Numbered from the whole stretch's first letter, positions 14,040 through 26,870 are shown. The stretch: 63,804 bases of DNA, filler included, from Octopus bimaculoides (GCF_001194135.2; 10 parts of 9 records of this genome joined end to end with filler, not necessarily neighbours in it), one strand, 5' to 3'. Notes: generated by a model not told the origin, from the letters alone. Numbers and translations: made by a program.

Positions 14040-14635
14040 CGTTTGACTTTTGTTTTGTATTTGTACAAGTTGACTCCAAGTTTCACCCAGAGACCTCAAG
14101 AGACAAGTTAGAAGTTCAAGTTGGTATTATGCCTAGGGTGTCATATATTTGGTTTTGCACATTCTAGAGAATGTTTACGAAAGCATAAGAAACTTATAAG
14201 TTTGTTTTAAAATCTGAGATTACATAGGATATGGGCAGTTCCCATGTGCACTATCTTTTGAATTTTTGCCATTTCGGGGTTTCCTGGTATCTGAGCTTGG
14301 TAGGAATCAGCCCCTTTTGCTATCATTCCTAGGGCACCTATGACAACAGGTATTGTTTTAGTCTTGAAGTTCCACATTTTGCCGATTTCTATTTCAAAAT
14401 CTTTATACTTGCTCAGTTTTGGTAGGTCTTGACAGATACATTTATGTCGATTGGGACATATCAATGAGGAGGCATGATTTTGTCTGAAGTCTTTCAATAT
14501 AATGTCTGGCCTATTCGCATCTATATTTCTGTCAGTTTCAACGGCAAAGTTCCAGAGGAGTGAGATGTGATCATTTTCAAGCAGCCAGAGATAATACGAT
14601 TTATTGTTTCTTCTCCATCTCAACATATTCTGCAG
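13982..14635 (-). mobile_element. R4/Dong-like non-LTR retrotransposon 3' fragment, copy 3 (runs into gap)
   Basis: ORF 14207-14626: LLWNFAVETDRNIDANRPDIILKDF...KLSKYKDFEIEIGKMW...IPVVIGALG...QKIVHMGTAHIL. Long (TAA)n tail at 13982-14037. Confidence 0.9.
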
Positions 14636-15111
14636 NNNNNNNNNNNNNNNNNNNNNNNNNNNNNNNNNNNNNNNNNNNNNNNNNNNNNNNNNNNNNNNNN
14701 NNNNNNNNNNNNNNNNNNNNNNNNNNNNNNNNNNNNNNNNNNNNNNNNNNNNNNNNNNNNNNNNNNNNNNNNNNNNNNNNNNNNNNNNNNNNNNNNNNNN
14801 NNNNNNNNNNNNNNNNNNNNNNNNNNNNNNNNNNNNNNNNNNNNNNNNNNNNNNNNNNNNNNNNNNNNNNNNNNNNNNNNNNNNNNNNNNNNNNNNNNNN
14901 NNNNNNNNNNNNNNNNNNNNNNNNNNNNNNNNNNNNNNNNNNNNNNNNNNNNNNNNNNNNNNNNNNNNNNNNNNNNNNNNNNNNNNNNNNNNNNNNNNNN
15001 NNNNNNNNNNNNNNNNNNNNNNNNNNNNNNNNNNNNNNNNNNNNNNNNNNNNNNNNNNNNNNNNNNNNNNNNNNNNNNNNNNNNNNNNNNNNNNNNATAT
15101 ATATTATATAT

Positions 15112-15231
15112 ACGACGAGCTTCTTTCAATTTCAGACTACCAAATCCACTCACAAGGCTTTGGTCGGCCCGAGGCTTTAGTTGAAGACACTTGCTCAAGG
15201 TGTCACGCAGTGGGACTGAACCCGGAACCAT

Positions 15232-15232
<1 letters not shown>
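15112..15232 (-). mobile_element. SINE family A head fragment
   Basis: CAAATCCACTCACAAGGCTTTGGTCGGCCCGAGG...GCAGTGGGACTGAACCCGGAACCATG. Confidence 0.85.
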
Positions 15233-15294
<62 letters not shown>

Positions 15295-15295
15295 T
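15233..15295 (+). repeat. (GATA)n microsatellite
   Basis: Near-perfect GATA run. Confidence 0.95.
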
Positions 15296-15509
15296 CATGA
15301 CCTTTCGAAATCGCTAGTATATACATTAAAGAGTGATCGATCCTATTGACCTTTTCCCTAACAACTCAATGAACTAAGGTTGTGTAAAATAAAGACAGAT
15401 CCCCAAATGATGAAGAAACACAAGTAACATTTGAACTTAGTCTTCGAAGCGATTTCATTACTATTTACTTATTTCATACCTACAAAATGTTGCATGTCTG
15501 TCTATCTAT

Positions 15510-15712
15510 TTCTGTGTATGTATGTATGTATGTATGTATGTATGTATGTATGTATGTATGACTGTATGTATGTATGTATGTATGTATGTATGACTGTATG
15601 TATGTATGTATGTATGTATGTCTGTATGTATGTATGTATGACTGTATGTATGTGTGTATGTATGTATGTATGTATGTATGTATGTATGCATGTATGTATG
15701 TATATATGTAAT
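15510..15712 (+). repeat. (TATG)n microsatellite
   Basis: About 200 bp of imperfect TATG repeat. Confidence 0.95.
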
Positions 15713-15812
15713 ATGTTTTATTTCAAGATTTCTTGCCAACAGTGAAAGAGCCGGTTTCTAACCAAGATCCAAGGCTCTTCACTGAAACTTCAAAAACATC
15801 AACAAGGTATTA
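15713..15812 (-). mobile_element. RLE-type LINE 3' UTR fragment (CATA-associated family), copy a
   Basis: TTTCAAGATTTCTTGCCAACAGTGAAAGAGCCGGTTTCTAACCAAGATCCAAGGCTC is homologous to the 3' UTRs at about 15885 and 16545. Confidence 0.75.
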
Positions 15813-15870
15813 TTGTATGTATGTATGTATGTATGTATGTATGTATGTATGTTTCTATGTATGTATGTAT

Positions 15871-16500
15871 GTCATTATTCAGTTTATTTCAAGATTTCTT
15901 ACCAATAGAGAAAGAATTAGTTTCTAACCTAGATTCAAGGCTCCTTCATTGGAATTTCAACATCAACAACAGGGTATGTATGTATGTATATGTACAGATT
16001 TATATGTTTTATGTATGTATTCTCATACATAGAGTTACATATGTAGACATGCTCATATATATTTAAATGATAAACTTCTGGAAAGTCTTACAGGTTTTTT
16101 ATAGTTGCAGTGATGGCTTGGGTCTGTAGTCTTCGAGTTAGCTCTCTCCTTTCTGGTTTTGAGAAGCCTAATTTCTCAAGATTGGAATTAGGCAGTGTGT
16201 TAAATATCCTAGTTCCCCAATAATTACAGGTATAAACCTGAACTTGTAATCTGGATAGAGTAACAGCAGATTTCTCAATAGTTCAGCGTAGGTATTCTCT
16301 TTTTCACTGGTCTTCAACTTTATGTTTGCATCCGCTGGGCAGCTAATTTCCACAACTGTGCACAGTTTCTCTTCTCTATTCCAAATCATTATATCAGGTG
16401 TGTTGTGCTTACATTTTATTGAGGTCTTCACTGGAACATTCCACCAGTTTTCCTTTTTATTGTGAGTAACTCTGTCTTCTACCATATTGTGGGTTCTTAT
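15871..16500 (-). mobile_element. RLE-type (R2-group) LINE 3' end (CATA-associated family), copy b
   Basis: ORF 16168-16485: WWNVPVKTSIKCKHNTPDIMIWNREEKLCTVVEISCPAD...KENTYAELLRNL...FIPVIIG, a PD-(D/E)xK-type RLE. After a frameshift it continues to KFII* near 16063, then a 3' UTR. Confidence 0.85.
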
Positions 16501-16539
16501 TTCTCTGTCCTCATATATGTATGTATGTTATCAATCAGT

Positions 16540-17030
16540 TTCATTTCTGTATTTCTTGTCCATAGAGAAAGAGCCGGACTCTAACATAGATTCAAGGCAT
16601 CTTCATTGGAACTTTTATCAACATCATCTAGGTATTTGTGCATATGTGTGTGTGTGTGTGCAGTATTTGGTGTTAGTGTATGCGCAGATTTGTATGTTTG
16701 TTTTATGGATTATGTATGTATGTATGTATGTTTGTATGTGTGTATATTTGAATGTTATGTTTTAGGTATGTATACGCATGCATATACTTACATGTCTAGA
16801 CATGTTCATATGTACTTAAATTATGAACTTCTGGAAAGATCCAGTGATGACTTGGATTTGTAGTCTTCGAATCAGCTTTCTCCTTTCTGGTTTTGAGAAG
16901 CCTAATTTCTCAAGATTGGTATTTAGGCAGTGTGTTATATATTCCAGCGCCCCAATAATTACAGGTATAAACCTAAACTTGTAATCTGGATAGAGTAGTT
17001 GTAGATTCCTCAATAGTACAGTGTTGCTGT
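16540..17030 (-). mobile_element. RLE-type LINE 3' end (CATA-associated family), copy c
   Basis: LLRNLQLLYPDYKFRFIPVIIGALEYITHCLNTNLEKLGFSKPERRKLIRRLQIQ...KFII*, closely similar to copy b and flanked by (TATG)n. Confidence 0.85.
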
Positions 17031-17279
17031 ATGTATGTATGTATGTATGTATGTATGTATGTATGTATGTATGTATGTATGTATGCATGTATGAATGAAA
17101 ATGATTGTGTGAATGAATGGATGTATAAACAGACAGGCAAACAAGCATTAACAGATGTTTTTAAAAAATTATTTTGAATTAGGATCTACCAAAGAATGTG
17201 AATGAAATTTATCAATAGTATATTTCTAATTAAAGAATGTTAAATTAGTAGAGAGACGAATGTAGTTCCTTGTGGTATT

Positions 17280-17400
17280 TAGTTATTTCCATTTACATCC
17301 AATCTCAAATTCTGCCGGGGTCAGTTTTTGCCTTTCCTTCTTTTAGGGTTGATAATTGAAATACTGAGGTCGATGTAATTGATTATGCCCTTTTCCAAAA
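17280..17400 (+). mobile_element. Degenerate SINE family D fragment
   Basis: CTCAAATTCTGCCGGGGTCAGTTTTTGCCTTTCC...TACTGAGGTCGATGTAATTGAT. Confidence 0.6.
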
Positions 17401-18023
17401 ATTTGGTGCTGATATAGTAAATCAATATTTTATTTGTAATTAAAGAGTGCCAATCCCTTCCTAACAAATATGTAAGAAAAATGTATTTACGCCTATGTCA
17501 GAATCAATATTTTCATCGTAATTGCTCATATAATAAGGCGGTTTCATGCCTTAAATAAACCGAGAGAGAGAGAGAGAGAGAAAGCGAAAGAGAGAATGTG
17601 CGTATGTGCGTGCACGTGTATGTATGTGTGTGGAAGGTTAAAACTTGAAGAGCTATGGAGTTTAGATGGTTCATTGGTGGCGAGAACGTTTCCTTTCATT
17701 GATGAAATTAAAAGTAAAATTTTTTCGATCTAAAATCATTAGTCAGTAATGTAGAGAAATATTATAAGCTTATTCTTTCTACTTTTATACTTTTACTTGT
17801 TTTATTTGACTATGGCCATGCTGGGGTAGCATTTGAAAAGTGTTTAGTCGAACAAATCGACTCCATGAATTATAATCATAAGTCTGGTACATTTTTATCG
17901 TTTTTTTCCGAACCTACGGGAAGATAACAAACCATCACCGTTTTCAAGGAATAATAAAACAAACACAAAGGCATGCAAGCAGACATACATACATACACGT
18001 ACACACACACGGCGATCTCACGA

Positions 18024-18060
<37 letters not shown>

Positions 18061-18062
<2 letters not shown>

Positions 18063-18440
18063 GGCGTGGCTGTGTTGTAAGCTTGATTTCCAACCACATG
18101 AATTCAGTCCCACTGCGTGTCACCTTGGGTAAATGTCTTCTGCTATAGCCTTGGGCCCACCAAAGCCTTGTGAGCGGATTTGGTTGAGGGAAACTGAAAG
18201 AAGCCTGTCGTATGTTTATATGTGTGTTTTTGTGTCTGCGTTTGCCCCCGCAACCCATCGCTTGACAACCGATGTTGGTGCGTTTACGTCCCCGTAACTT
18301 AGCGGTTCGGCAAAAGAGACCGATAGAATAAGTAGCAGGCTTACAAAGAATAAGTCCAGGGGTCTATTCCTTCAACTAAAAGTTGGTGGTCCAGCATGGC
18401 TTCAATCAAATGACTAAAGCAAATAAAAGAATAAAAGAAT
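18061..18440 (+). mobile_element. tRNA-derived SINE family A (CORE-like), near full length
   Basis: Head GGCGTGGCTGTGTTGTAAG...TTCAGTCCCACTGCG, CORE-like CACCTTGGGTAAATGTC, internal TA/TG tract, and tail GACAACCGATG...CAGCATGGC...AAATAAAAGAATAAAAGAAT. Confidence 0.9.
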
Positions 18441-18457
18441 GAAGTATATACATAAAT

Positions 18458-18490
<33 letters not shown>

Positions 18491-19930
18491 AAACTNNNNN
18501 NNNNNNNNNNNNNNNNNNNNNNNNNNNNNNNNNNNNNNNTTAATTAATTAANNNNNNNNNNNNNNNNNNNNNNNNNNNNNNNNNNNNNNNNNNNNCAACA
18601 ATCCCAATGCTTTCTTTAATCATCTCTCTCTTCCCCTATACAGTGTTCACCATTGTATCCGCTCTTTCTTCCGAATCAGTCAATTTTGAAGCAATTTCAA
18701 ATGCTTATATACTATACAGAACAATCTAATTGAACAGGATTTCAGTGTCAGAGCATAGGGGATTGAAAGTCAATTTGGTGAGGCATAGGTCATCGCCCTG
18801 CTTTTACTATCAACACGCTTTTTCTATCACTGAGAGGGGTACATGTCAGCTCGTCCTTCCAGAAATTGCAATTATCTTTCCGGCAAGCCACTATTTTTTA
18901 AATATCAAAAATGACAAAGGATTGTTCGGATGAGGCGTTGCCTGAAAAATATTGGTGGTGGTCATGCTTGGAAAGATTTTGATAAGTTTGTGTAATGAGA
19001 ACTTGCTAAGAAAAATAAATAACAACTGCTCATCGTTTCATGCGATTAGTTGAACGATTTTCTACACAAATATATTTATATGAAATAACATCGTCAGTGC
19101 TTTAGAACGGAATTCATAGTAAGCTATTTCAATGATGCAGTTCATATTAAATTACCAGCATTAGCTATTCATTTTAATTGATGAAAAAAATTATTCCAAA
19201 TAATTCGTTTCCAGAGGAGATATTTAGAATGCATCTAAAACTCTATCAGAGAATATAATTCAATTGTCAGCACTAAAACCGAACCGATAGTTTAGCTTTC
19301 GAGGTGCGATATAATGAAATTTTCTCCTTTTAATTAACTTAACAAACCTGCTAATCGCCAACCAACACCCACCTGCTTCACTTAACTTCTGTCACTGTAT
19401 TGAGCGGCTACGTTGATTAATTTTGCTCAATGATTTATCGATCTTTTGATATAATATGGCATGTCAGCTCAACCTTGTCAAAGAGTCACCGAAATATTAG
19501 CAGGTATATCACCTACAAACTCAAAAGGTAGCCTTAATGAGCTTACGAAATTTGGTCTGGACACACATAATGCGAAAATTTATATTTAAGTATGCATATA
19601 TACATATATACATATATACATGTATATATGTATATGTATATATATATATANNNNNNNNNNNNNNNNNNNNNNNNNNNNNNNNNNNNNNNNNNNNNNNNNN
19701 NNNNNNNNNNNNNNNNNNNNNNNNNNNNNNNNNNNNNNNNNNNNNNNNNNNNNNNNNNNNNNNNNNNNNNNNNNNNNNNNNNNNNNNNNNNNNNNNNNNN
19801 NNNNNNNNNNNNNNNNNNNNNNNNNNNNNNNNNNNNNNNNNNNNTGTATATATACATATATATATACATATAAATAGATATAGATATACAGATATATAGA
19901 TAGATAGATACATATATACATAAATGTACG

Positions 19931-19963
<33 letters not shown>

Positions 19964-20309
19964 ATTTATACGTATGTATATATACTTATATATACATACA
20001 CAAATAAAAACATACATGTATACACACATATATTTACATCTATGTATATATGTGAGTGTTTGTGTGTGTGTGTGTGTGTGTATGTGTGTGTGTGTGTGTA
20101 TGTGTGTGTGTGTGTGTGTATTTTTGTATGTATGCATACACTCTCAAAAATTTGTCTAAAGTGACCTTATGTAACGAATGGTTGATCGGCGTCTTTGGCG
20201 AAACTTTGAAATCACAATTAGGACCCTCTTAACTATATTCATGAATGCCATATACTAACTTCTTTCTTTAACACTTACTTTCTTTCTTCTTCTGTTCTCT
20301 CTCTTTCCT

Positions 20310-20397
<88 letters not shown>

Positions 20398-20704
20398 CAA
20401 ATGATTGAGAAAACATCTACCTAAGAAAATGACATGCCAAGTTTAAAAACAAAAGAAGAGAGAAAGTGCAAAGGCAGAATAGCGGTTAAGGCAATTTCGG
20501 CTCATCAATGGACATGTGTGTGCGCTTAAGTCTAGTTATCCTTGCCAGTGTTTGTTTATGAATTCAAATACACACACGCCCACACACACAAACAAACACA
20601 CACACAGACACACACATATATATACACACACATGCACACACACGCACACACATACATACACACGCACACACGCGCACATATATGTATATCATGCCTCCCA
20701 ACTA

Positions 20705-20815
20705 TAAAATTTTCACGGCTTCGCATTTTGGGCAAGTGTCTTCTACTATAGCCTCGAGCCGACCAAAGCCTTGTGAGTGGATTTGGTAGACGAAACCTGA
20801 AAAGAAGCCTGTCGT
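20705..20815 (+). mobile_element. SINE family A fragment
   Basis: TTGGGCAAGTGTCTTCTACTATAGCCTCGAGCCGACCAAAGCCTTGTGAGTGGATTTGGTAGACG. Confidence 0.85.
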
Positions 20816-21133
20816 ATATATATATATATATATATATATTTTTATATGAACAACCAGGTGTAATATTATACCATAAAAGATAGAAGCGCAGAATGTATGC
20901 ACATACACACATATACGTAAAAACATGCACACGTATGTGCATAACGTAAATAACTACATGCATACTTATATTCTTTTGTTTCATCGCACTTAAAGAAGGA
21001 AGTGGCGTAGAAAGATTGCATAATCGATAGAACGCGAGCTACAATATACGTGTGTATGTGTGTATTTATGTGTGTATTTATGTGTGTGTGTGTGTGTACA
21101 TATACAGGCATACACATATTTATATATATACAA

Positions 21134-21209
<76 letters not shown>

Positions 21210-21295
21210 GTATGTTATGTATAGATAGAGAGCGAGAGAGGGAGAAAATAATAAAGATAAATAGGTTGATAGATTAAACGGATAGACATACAGAT

Positions 21296-21343
<48 letters not shown>

Positions 21344-22864
21344 TAGATAGATAGATAATGAGGTGTGTCACAAATGAGATGATCCATCATGATTCTAATA
21401 CATTATAACACACATTTTCAATACAAATTAGATTCCTTTAATCGTTTTCATCCAACATCGTTGCCAATTCACTATCCAACCTTTGACACGATGCCAAGAT
21501 ACAGCCAAGGCATTCATAGAAAACATTACGGATCAATAAATAGAGCTATCATACGTAGTGCATTATATATGCTGGATTCTTGCAGCATCTGCATTGTGTG
21601 CAGATTATGCAGATTGGTGTTTTAAAATCTGATTTGGATGCATGATATTGTTACATGTATTGTAGAAAGAGTAAATGTGTATGTGTAGGTTTAAAGCATC
21701 GCAGTATAATAGTTACAGTCTTTTTACTGACATCGCGTAATGCGACACGCATCGCGGGGCGCACGTGTGTGTGTGTATGTGTGTGTCTGCATATATATAT
21801 ATATATACAGTGTGTCTTCGTGTGTGTGTGTGTTTGTATGAATGCCGAGTGCATCGTTACACGATGTATTAATAAATTTATCTAACTACGTGTTATAATT
21901 CGTTTCAGTGGGAGACCAGCTCATGGTACAGAGGATTCGTTGTTTTACAAAGGAAGTATGATTTCCTTTGCAAATGTGTAACTCGTTCATTTACAAAGGA
22001 AGCCTGACTTCCTTTGCAAATGAATCAGACCTGTCCATGAAGAACTGGTCTTCGAACGACGTATTTTTATATTTGCAAACGAAAACGAAAGATAAACAAA
22101 GATCTCAATACATGTTTAGAAATATACTTATTCGAAATATAATTTACGTAAGGTAAATTTTGTGGTAAATAGATGGGTTACACAGTCGAACCTGTATCGA
22201 TGCAAATAATATCTAAGTTGAATGCTATTGTAAACAGGAGACATACATTTCTGGATAGGAAGGTATGTAACGCCACGTGATGAATGTTATTGGAGGAAAC
22301 GGCCTTGAAGTTTCGGCATTTACTTAATTTTTGCGACTTCTGACTAACTTTTTTCATGTGTTGCTTTGATGTCAGGAAATTTTCAATCGACAAAATGTTT
22401 GTATTTGTAACATATTGAAGTGGCCTTTTTAATGATGTTTCATGTTATTGAATGACATTCAGAAATCTGTTCCATAAATTTTGTGTTGATTTGTGTAAGG
22501 AATATGGAAATTTTACGATTTTCTTTTTATTTAAATGAGTTTAAACGTTCGTAGTATCGTCTTTTGAAATTGTTTGTCATGAGTTCAGTGTAATTCCTTT
22601 GTTTATCGTTCAGAGATGTTATAGATGCATGATACAGAGCTGCGTTGGAAAAGCAGGATATTCTGGTTGGGCAGATAGAGATATATCGACAATTACATAT
22701 TAGTTGGCTGATGTAGTGGAACTTCTACAGTGAGTGTATGTTTAGAATTATGATCTATCACCATGTGGCCAGGTTGGGGTTCACAACAGCCTTGCCTTTA
22801 TGGTGCCTCCATTCAGTTGGTCTGACTGCTTTTTTTTTTCTTGCTTTTTTTTTTTGTTTTAATA

Positions 22865-23746
22865 TTTGAGGTGAGTCGAAGGTTTTGAAATATTTGCATT
22901 CGCGCTAGTTTGCAGCGTATATATCACGTGACCGAAGAAGTTCACGCCGTGGAAATTACCCGCAGATGTAGATAATATCGTGATAGCCGGTACGCTGACA
23001 CATTATGCATTACTTCACAGGATATGATATTTGAAAGCTGCACAGGTGAATGTGCAATGTAATGTTTTAGAAGTTCGAACACAGCCATAATGCTGCGGAG
23101 GCAACTAAAAAAATATTTGTTGTGCGGAAGGTGGAAGTGCAGTTTATCACATTACTGTAAGAAGATCATTCAAGAAATTTAGCTCGGGTTGCAAAAACCT
23201 CGACGATCAGACAAGATGAGGTAGGCGTAAAACTGGATTCCGCGGCCGAGGTCCAAGATATAGAGGCAAATCTGGCGAGTAGAACTCCAAATGTATCAGG
23301 TGAGCGTGACACCTTACGAATATATGTCACTGTGCAGAAAAAAAATAATACCCGGTATTCCTGGTCAGGATGTGAGCTCTTCTGCAGCAAGAGAGTGCAG
23401 GTCCTCATACCGATCGAACGATCCGGAATAGACTCCAAGACCTTGCAACATCCAGAATGTATTTCAGACCTAGTTCCTTCACATTATTACTTCTGATCTA
23501 TAGCTCATGTTCTGCCCTTGCAACGGTTCATCAACCAAGTGCAGGCAGAGGCTTCAATGAAAGAGTTATTCGCCTTGTAGGTAAGAACTGGTATCAGCGT
23601 GGGGGCCAAAGAATTGGCCGAAAGGTGGCGACAGATGGTGAAACATAATGGCCTCTCCTAAGATTGTTAGGCTGCTTTTGTTGGAACTTCGCATGTAAAT
23701 CAAATAAATTACCAAAATATTGCAAAACATTTTAAATCAACACGAA
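22865..23746 (+). mobile_element. Degenerate, internally deleted mariner DNA transposon
   Basis: Broken frames give HNAAEATK-ICCAEGGSAVYHITVRRSFKKFSSGCKNLDDQTR*GR (mariner HTH region), LLQQESAGPHT (DNARPH motif) and KNWYQRG-KELAERWRQMVKHNG (C-terminus). Imperfect TIRs TTTGAGGTGAGTCGAAGGTTTTGAAATATTT and AAATATTGCAAAACATTTTAAATCAACACGAA are flanked by TA. Confidence 0.8.
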
Positions 23747-23970
23747 TATACATGTATTCTTTGAATATTTACAGCCTAAATTGTTTTATTTCATAATTAT
23801 AAATCCAGTATTTGTGTCGTCTATAACTATGATTATCTTTTACACACACACCACACAAATACGCGCGCACATACACACACGTACACACACACACACACAC
23901 ACACAAACATACACACACTGACGAATATATAAAGACACACAAATACGTATGTATACAGAAAGAGGGAAAT

Positions 23971-24030
<60 letters not shown>

Positions 24031-24320
24031 AACAGCGGAAGCCTGATAGAAAACAACAAAGAGTGTATATATGTCTCGATCTGTATTGATTTTGTGCAGG
24101 CGGTAGAGAAATTGCCATTGTTCTGTAATTGAGTGAAGATACCTAACTTGACAATGTGGGACTGCGAACCATCAGTAGGTCCTGTGTTAGATTCAAGTAT
24201 TCTGGACAAATTCATATTCGAATTTACTTCTCGATATGGTGCAATTATCTCCCCACTTAAGTGCAAACATGTGTGAATACATTAACATGCATACACAAAC
24301 AATATATACATATGAAAATA

Positions 24321-24373
<53 letters not shown>

Positions 24374-24534
24374 GCATAAAAAATATGTCTGTCTATATAT
24401 ATATGTACGTATGTATGTATATGTGTGTGTATGCATATGTATATATACATACATAGATATATATGCGTGTACGGGCATGTGAGAATGCGTGTTTATGTAT
24501 GTATATGGACGAATGCATATATTTCTGAAGATGA

Positions 24535-24580
<46 letters not shown>

Positions 24581-25288
24581 GTGTGTGTGTGTTTGTACAT
24601 ACATGCAAAAAAAATGCCCTGTAAGTATATATAATCTTCAGAATGATAGCACAGCGCAGCCAATAGAGTGAAGTACTTCATACTGATATCAGGAACAATG
24701 AAATGACAAAATGGCCAATGCTCAGAGCATAGAGCAAATCTACAAAATGTACTATAACAGAATACTTAAGTAGTGTTAGTTGGATTGAAACAGGTATTCG
24801 TTAGGTATGCTGGTTAATTGAAGAAGAGTAACAAAAATATTAGCCTGAGATTCCTTGGAAGGATCGATATTGCTCAGCAGATGTGTAATTGGTGATGAGG
24901 CAAGATGGGTCCAAAATAGATGTAATCACCCCCCAGGAGCTGATGCAGAGAACGAATCGCAAAACTAGTTGTATATAAACTATAAAAACATCAACTATAA
25001 TAATGAGAGTGAAGAAACGCATAAACAAAAAGAAATTATTATGAAACTATATTTGTTCGTTCCCCTGTGAAAGGAGTAATAGTAACAACATTCTAAGTAC
25101 ATGTATATATNNNNNNNNNNTGTATGTATGTATTTATGTATGTATGTATGCGTGTATATATATATACACGTATATATATGCCTATATATGCATACATTTT
25201 ACATGTATATACAGATGTATATATACATATATATATATATATCAAAATGTATATATATAAACCATATATGAGCGCATATATATAGATT

Positions 25289-25364
<76 letters not shown>

Positions 25365-26476
25365 TTTATTTATATATGTGTATATATGGATATATATATG
25401 TACATGTATATATATATATATATATATAGTAATAAATATACATATGCACATAGATATGTGTATGTGTGAATATATGTATGAGGTAGTTTGATCTGGTGTG
25501 TGTATATGTGTTTATATGTCTCTTTGTTTTACGTTTACGTGCATAAACATTGACGTGTCCTACACAAGCTTTACTAGGTATGAGCTATGGTGGATGAGGA
25601 TGCTTGTTATATTCACACGGAAGTCGATGCATGAAAACACGCAAATATATATATGCTCAGGCACGCACACATATGTAAGAATACAAAATATATCTATCTA
25701 TCTCCCTATCTATCTATCAATCTATCTCTCGATATATATATATGTATATATATACATGTACATATAAATTTATATAGTGCATGTATATATGTATATATAT
25801 GCATGTATGAAGGCGTGTATACAAACAGTCAGAACCTTTTAATGTGATCACTGTAGGGTGAATCCTTTTCGATAACAATACCTGGCTCATGACAATATCC
25901 TTCTGAGAATACTTTATATATAAATTGCTTTGGCTGCATTCATTTTGATGAAAACTGCTCGATAACATAATCTGCGATTATAATGAATAACCAACACAAT
26001 ACATTTCTCATATCGAAAACAACAAATCACGTTTGGACATGTNNNNNNNNNNNNNNNNNNNNNNNNNNNNNNNNNNNNNNNNNNNNTTAATTAATTAANN
26101 NNNNNNNNNNNNNNNNNNNNNNNNNNNNNNNNNNNNNNNNNNTTGGTAAGCAAGCTACTTACCACACAGCCACTCCTACGCCTATATGTGCATATATATA
26201 TAAAATTACTGTATCAACCAGACACTCTCACAGTTTATTGGATATTGTTCCACATGACTGGTTACTTCCTTGCGTTGTTGTTGTTGTAATTATTGAAGTT
26301 TGACTGCTATCATGCCACTGGCTACGTGGGCAGGCCAACATTCAGTTCATCCTAGGGTTTAACTGTTTACAGCTGACTGGACTGGAGAACCATGTTTCGT
26401 TCAAGAAAACCGTGTACTGCTGCTCTTGCAGTTTTGAGTGCAACACCCTATGCACCTTCACATATATGCACATATA

Positions 26477-26870
26477 GGCGCAGGAGTGGCTGTGTGGTAA
26501 GTAGCTTGCTTACCAACCACATGGTTCCAGGTTCAGTCCCACTGCGTGGCACCTTGGGCAAGTGTCTTCTACTATAGCCTCGGGCTGACCAAAGCCTTGT
26601 GAGTGGATTTGGTAGACGGAAACTGAAAGAAGACCGTTGTATATTTTATATATGTGTGTTTGTGTGTCTGTGTTTGTCCCCCCAACATCGCTTGACAACC
26701 GATGCTGGTATGTTTATGTCCCCGTAACTTAGCGGTTCGGCAGTAGAGACCGATAGAATAAGTACCAGGCTTCTAAAGAATAAGTCCTGGGGTCGATTTG
26801 CTCGACTAAAGGCGGTGCTCCAGCATGGCCACAATCAAAAAGACTGAAACAAGTAAAAGAGTAAAAGAGT
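26477..26870 (+). mobile_element. tRNA-derived SINE family A, full length, well preserved
   Basis: GGCGCAGGAGTGGCTGTGTGGTAAG (A box) ... GGTTCAGTCCC (B box), CORE-like ACCTTGGGCAAGT, tail ending (AAAAGAGT)2. Confidence 0.95.

Noticed and set aside
18595-18935. Possible coding or LINE remnant near the gap
   Set aside because: Several stops in each frame I tried and no motif I can name with confidence.
21944-22020. CRISPR-like appearance of palindromic repeats (also the 66-bp units at 32643)
   Set aside because: Only two or three units, no unique spacers of regular length, no cas genes, and a eukaryotic context.
21968-22156. ORF with a SAM-like start (KNWSSNDVFLYL) ending at a GT donor
   Set aside because: The similarity is only a few residues, and the upstream 46-bp duplication breaks the frame. 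Insufficient support.
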